Shown here piece after piece: positions 60,193 to 64,000 of a DNA stretch of 64,000 bases. Made by a program: the position numbers and the translations under genes. The stretch lies in IMG/VR virus record IMGVR_UViG_3300046694_000619; one strand, written 5' to 3'. The notes beneath the pieces were generated by a model, which saw only the letters and a program-made list of their open reading frames with translations, did no database searches and was not told where the DNA came from. Positions within the stretch are counted from its first letter, which is position 1. The number at the start of each line of letters is the position of its first letter. Origin of the DNA: a virus (lineage: Duplodnaviria > Caudoviricetes).

Positions 60193-60867
60193 ATGCAATA
60201 CGAACGCCCAGATTTGTTTGTCGACATCGCCTTGCTGACGATGATTGACGGTCGCCTGAAGGTCGCGTTGTATCCGCGCGAGAAGGCGCCGGACGCGGGT
60301 ATGTGGTGTCTGGTGGGCGGGCAAATCCACACGAACGAAGACGCGGACATCCGCGCGGCCGCGCTGCGCACACTGCGCGCCAAGCTTGATTTCGAGCCGC
60401 GATACATCGAGCAGGTGTCCACGGAAGGCAATGCGCTGCGTGACCCGCGCCGCTGGTCTGCCACCGTCGTGCACCTGGCGGTGAATTCGCCAGACGTGCT
60501 GTGGGACCTGGTTGACCGCCGCGGCATGCAGCTCTTTGACCTCGAGGACGACGGGGCTCACCTGCCCGAGAACATGGCGCTGGACCACCGCAAGCTCCTC
60601 ATGATGGCGGTCGAGCGGCTGCGCAACAAGGCCGCGTATTCGACGATTGTGGCGCACTTCCTGCCCGAAGAATTCTCGCTGCCGGATTTGTTGTCCGTTT
60701 ACGAGTCGGTGCGGCAGAAGCCGTGTAACGCGGCGAATTTCCGGACGAAAATCATGAAGGAAGACGTGCTCGAAGAATCGCCGACCACGTTGTTCAGCGG
60801 AGGACGGCCGGCTACGGGCTACCGGCTCAAGGAAAACATCGCCTATTTCAACCGCGAACTGTACTGA
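60193..60867 (+). CDS. nrtR: NrtR-type Nudix-related transcriptional regulator
   Basis: Nudix fold lacking catalytic glutamates (AALRTLRAKL), RDPR, DH; C-terminal wHTH NFR...GGRPA; next to NAD salvage genes. Confidence 0.8.
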   Translation: MQYERPDLFVDIALLTMIDGRLKVALYPREKAPDAGMWCLVGGQIHTNEDADIRAAALRTLRAKLDFEPRYIEQVSTEGNALRDPRRWSATVVHLAVNSPDVLWDLVDRRGMQLFDLEDDGAHLPENMALDHRKLLMMAVERLRNKAAYSTIVAHFLPEEFSLPDLLSVYESVRQKPCNAANFRTKIMKEDVLEESPTTLFSGGRPATGYRLKENIAYFNRELY

Positions 60868-60884
60868 CCACCCGGGTTGCTACC

Positions 60885-61109
60885 ATGAACCAGGACCAGG
60901 CGCAGCGCGACAGGCCCCTCCCGCCGAGCTATTGGGCAATCCTGGCGACCATTCGCCAGACGCCGCGATACCGGTTTGTGGCCAGTGAGTACCGGCTCGC
61001 AGAGCGAATGACGAAGGCGGGCATGCTGGAGCGCAAGGACGACCGGCGCTACGCAGTCACCCAGTACGGACAACGCTGCTATAGCGCCAACAAGGTGCTG
61101 GCGGCCTGA
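60885..61109 (+). CDS. small hypothetical protein, possible wHTH
   Basis: GMLER...YAVTQYG pattern. Confidence 0.55.
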   Translation: MNQDQAQRDRPLPPSYWAILATIRQTPRYRFVASEYRLAERMTKAGMLERKDDRRYAVTQYGQRCYSANKVLAA

Positions 61110-61145
61110 AGAGCGGTCAACGACCGCGGATACATCGAAAGGACA

Positions 61146-62180
61146 ATGATGAAAAAAGAAACACTCGATACCGCTATCCGGGTCGGCCAGATGCTCAAGC
61201 TGATGGCGCCCCTGGCCGCGGCCAGCAAGGCGTTCAGCAAGCGCCTGTCGAAGCTGCGCTCGGGGCTGGATGAACAGCTCGTGCTGTGCCTGCTCGCCGG
61301 CGAGTCGGCGCAGGGCATCCTCGCGCCAGGCGTCATCGCCGAGCTCGACAAGGCGCTTCGCGACTCGATGGTGGAACGGCTCAACGTCAAGGGACTGCTC
61401 GATAACAGCGGGCTCTCGCATCACGTAGCGTTCAACGCCGCGCGAAAGGACCGGGTTTCCGACGTCTACCAGGTGCTCGCCCCCGCGGAAGCGGTGTCCT
61501 ACGAAACGACTCAGCACCTGAAGGTGGACCAGGCCGAGCGTTCGAAAATCATTCGTGATTTCACGAGTGCGGTTCACAACTCCAACTGGCTCAGCACACT
61601 CATGCACGTCGGTATGACCGCCGGCGTCGCTACGACGCAGAGCGCAAGTCTGGCGCGTAAGCACAGCAGCGAACAGGGGCGTGACCTCCTGATGACGAAG
61701 CTGCTCCGGCTGTGCCCGACATACGTCGAAGCCGTCGCTCCGGCTCGCAAGCGCTCGACCAAGGCGGCCACGGCGGCCACGCGCTCGAGCCGCCCGCCGG
61801 CCGTCGCGGCTGCGGGGCTGTACGTGACGCAGGTCGTGATGTCTGCAGAGGCCCTGCTCAAGCAGCCCGACATCGCAGCGCTCGCCGATACGTCGTTCCT
61901 GAGCTCCGAGAATCAGAGTCTTGCGACGCTGCTCGAAAAAGCGTCAAAGCCGGTCGTGGTGGGTGAGGGCGAAACACCCGATACGGTGGCGCAGCGCATC
62001 GTTGACGAGCTGCTGGTGGGCCTCGTCGCGCGCAACAAGGCCATCGCCGCTGAAAAGCAGGCGGTGCGCCAGCGGGCACAGGACGCCGCGAAGGCGACCG
62101 CGCTTGACGCGCTAAAGCAGCTCAATCCGAAGGTGCTCAAGCTGCTCAAGGACAATCCGGACCTGCTGAAGAACGTTTAA
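61146..62180 (+). CDS. hypothetical helical protein
   Basis: 344-aa ORF, AAAGGA RBS. Confidence 0.75.
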   Translation: MMKKETLDTAIRVGQMLKLMAPLAAASKAFSKRLSKLRSGLDEQLVLCLLAGESAQGILAPGVIAELDKALRDSMVERLNVKGLLDNSGLSHHVAFNAARKDRVSDVYQVLAPAEAVSYETTQHLKVDQAERSKIIRDFTSAVHNSNWLSTLMHVGMTAGVATTQSASLARKHSSEQGRDLLMTKLLRLCPTYVEAVAPARKRSTKAATAATRSSRPPAVAAAGLYVTQVVMSAEALLKQPDIAALADTSFLSSENQSLATLLEKASKPVVVGEGETPDTVAQRIVDELLVGLVARNKAIAAEKQAVRQRAQDAAKATALDALKQLNPKVLKLLKDNPDLLKNV

Positions 62181-62211
62181 GCCAGGTAGGCCGGCAAGAA
62201 AAACGGGGTAT

Positions 62212-62655
62212 GTGATGACAACTACTATTCAAGTGAGTGCCGCGCAGCAGCGCATTGTCGACCGCTTCATTGAAGCGCAGGGTAGCAAGCCGTTTCGCCG
62301 GCAGGATGTCGCCGACGCGCTCTATCCGCACATTAGACCGCGCCTCATGGGTAATGCGCGGGCACTCGCTGACAAGGTGATGCAGCAGCTGCAGCGCGAG
62401 CGACGCCTGGTCAAGGCAGGTCACGTGCACTGGAGTCTGGTTGTGCCGACCTCGCGCACGCTCAAGGGCGGCCGGGTGGTTCCCGAGCACAAGGAAGCGC
62501 AGCAGCTGACGCTTTCGACGCACTGCCCGCAAAAGTGGGTGGCTGTCGACCTCGAAACGGGTGACGTGTGGGCGGGAAGTGACGAAGGCTGGAAGCGCGC
62601 AGCTGGCACTGTAGCCGGCGAAGTGACCCAGATACTCTCGAAAGCAGCGACATGA
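62212..62655 (+). CDS. hypothetical protein
   Basis: ORF in operon; possible N-terminal wHTH. Confidence 0.65.
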   Translation: MMTTTIQVSAAQQRIVDRFIEAQGSKPFRRQDVADALYPHIRPRLMGNARALADKVMQQLQRERRLVKAGHVHWSLVVPTSRTLKGGRVVPEHKEAQQLTLSTHCPQKWVAVDLETGDVWAGSDEGWKRAAGTVAGEVTQILSKAAT

Positions 62656-62984
62656 CACAGGATTCCAGGAAATTTCCAGCCGTACGCCGCTTTGTCGAGA
62701 CGTACGCCCATACGAAGGGCCTCGATTACGAGGCCTACTATCGGGAGCTCCTGGAGCGGACGCGCGCGCACCTCGAACAGGAACTGACCCGGCTCAAGCA
62801 AGGTGAGCTGTTTCGCAAGGAGACCCAGTTCCTCGTCGCCGAGAAAACGGTCCCTCCTGAGGTCGCATTGAGCGCCTATCGCGTTGTCAGCGAATTGCGG
62901 GACGAGGGGTATGCCGCCGACGTTCTTGCAGACTCGTCCTACGTAACGGGGCAACGCCTCTGGCTATCCATCCGGCTCTTCTGA
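62652..62984 (+). CDS. hypothetical protein
   Basis: ATGA overlap with the previous gene. Confidence 0.65.
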   Translation: MTQDSRKFPAVRRFVETYAHTKGLDYEAYYRELLERTRAHLEQELTRLKQGELFRKETQFLVAEKTVPPEVALSAYRVVSELRDEGYAADVLADSSYVTGQRLWLSIRLF

Positions 62985-63006
62985 GTCACTCGTTGAGGTC
63001 TGGTTG

Positions 63007-63435
63007 ATGCAGCACATCCGTTTTCTTCCCCGCGTGGTGGCCGCCGCCTACCGGCCGGCGCCCGGTTCGGTGCTCATCTCCATTCATGACGTCAGCGAAC
63101 CGCCGTTGACCCCGCGAAATGGCTGGGACGCGACGCTTGTGCAGCGTTTCCATGACACGGACGGCGAGCAGATGGGGCTGGAGGTGTTCAGCGAAGCGCA
63201 GGCGCGCGAACTTCTGGCGTTCGTCGCGCGCCACGCAGACTGCACCGAGCTCGTTGTGCACTGTTCGCTTGGCCAGAGCCGTTCCGCCGCGGTGGCGCTC
63301 TACCTGTCCGAAAAGTATGGCGTGCCTTGCTTCAAGGAACAGGTCCGCGTGACCTGGGAGAACTGGCGCATCTACAACCGGTTAGTCTATCGGCGACTGC
63401 ACAACGCAGACTTCGGCGGCTCGCCAGGCGCCTGA
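63007..63435 (+). CDS. dual-specificity/tyrosine phosphatase-like protein
   Basis: LISI, FHD, VHCSLGQSRS (CX5R). Confidence 0.85.
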   Translation: MQHIRFLPRVVAAAYRPAPGSVLISIHDVSEPPLTPRNGWDATLVQRFHDTDGEQMGLEVFSEAQARELLAFVARHADCTELVVHCSLGQSRSAAVALYLSEKYGVPCFKEQVRVTWENWRIYNRLVYRRLHNADFGGSPGA

Positions 63436-63459
63436 ACGGCTCCAGCGCGCGGCCGTTCA

Positions 63460-64000
63460 TCAGCGACGCGCCATGGTTCGCTCCATCGTTCGTTCAGCGT
63501 CTGCGGCCTTGTCGGTCGAGGTTTTCGGCGGCGCGGTCGCGCTTTTCCGGTCATCCGCCAACGACAAAATCGTTTCCTTGTCGTAAGTGAACACTTCAGG
63601 CTGGTGCGGCGAGGCGGAGACGGCGTGCCCGCTCTGGCCCGCCTTCATGGAGGCCTCATTGCCGCTGTAGGTGGCGTTGACCCAGTTGGCAATCGACTGC
63701 GCCTGATACTGGGCGGCGCCGTGGTCCTGGGCCCATTTCTGCACGTTGAGCGTCGAAAACTTCAGCGCGGCATGGTGCACTGCATCGGCGCGTGCGCCCT
63801 GGCTTTCGGCTCGGCTCGCCAGCGTATTCACCAGCTTTTTGCCCGACTCCGACTTCAGGTAGTCACCGAGCCACTTCAATCCGCGCGTCGAATCGTGGAT
63901 GTCCACGCTCCGTCCGTTCTGCGCGAGGCCTTCGGCTCTGTGTTCCCGTAAAGAGTCGGCCACTGCGCTGCCTTTCCCGGCTCCGTCTTTCGCCGCGATG
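63460..64000 (-). CDS. C-terminal part of a protein truncated by the window edge
   Basis: Frame stays open to the window end; ERTMERTMARR tail resembles tails of conjugation-associated plasmid proteins. Confidence 0.55.
   Translation of the reverse strand, partial: IAAKDGAGKGSAVADSLREHRAEGLAQNGRSVDIHDSTRGLKWLGDYLKSESGKKLVNTLASRAESQGARADAVHHAALKFSTLNVQKWAQDHGAAQYQAQSIANWVNATYSGNEASMKAGQSGHAVSASPHQPEVFTYDKETILSLADDRKSATAPPKTSTDKAADAERTMERTMARR

Overview
GC-rich (roughly 60-65% by eye), gene-dense segment of a very large extrachromosomal element, most likely a Burkholderiales-type conjugative megaplasmid with a phage-like accessory gene pool; this assignment is inference from gene content. No rRNA, tRNA, CRISPR array, virion or T4SS genes were recognised. 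Recognisable genes: orphan RuvB, class II-type ribonucleotide reductase, NAD-dependent DNA ligase, two-domain H-NS, a DndC/PAPS-reductase-like protein, NYN-CSD nuclease, PPP and CX5R phosphatases, Nudix, ART-like, MazF-like, a PspA/DUF2491 module and two Ig-repeat surface proteins with swapped C-termini. Main leads: (1) a CTATAC hexamer 26-82 nt upstream of about 24 genes, in gene orientation and without a shared -35, suggesting an element-specific promoter class; (2) a four-gene HasA/NodC-like synthase + HlyD-like + TolC-like + UDP-sugar dehydrogenase locus; (3) a coupled MazG-like / minimal class II aaRS-like / NMNAT-like module; (4) a Prs-like + Nampt-like + NrtR NAD locus (possible NARP1 anti-defence) split by a free-standing homing endonuclease; (5) a second palindromic motif at sigma70-type promoters; (6) adjacent catalytically degenerate recombinase and histidine kinase; (7) two inverted-repeat-bounded structures at 15.8-16.6 kb. 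All family calls come from reading motifs by eye; no searches were run.
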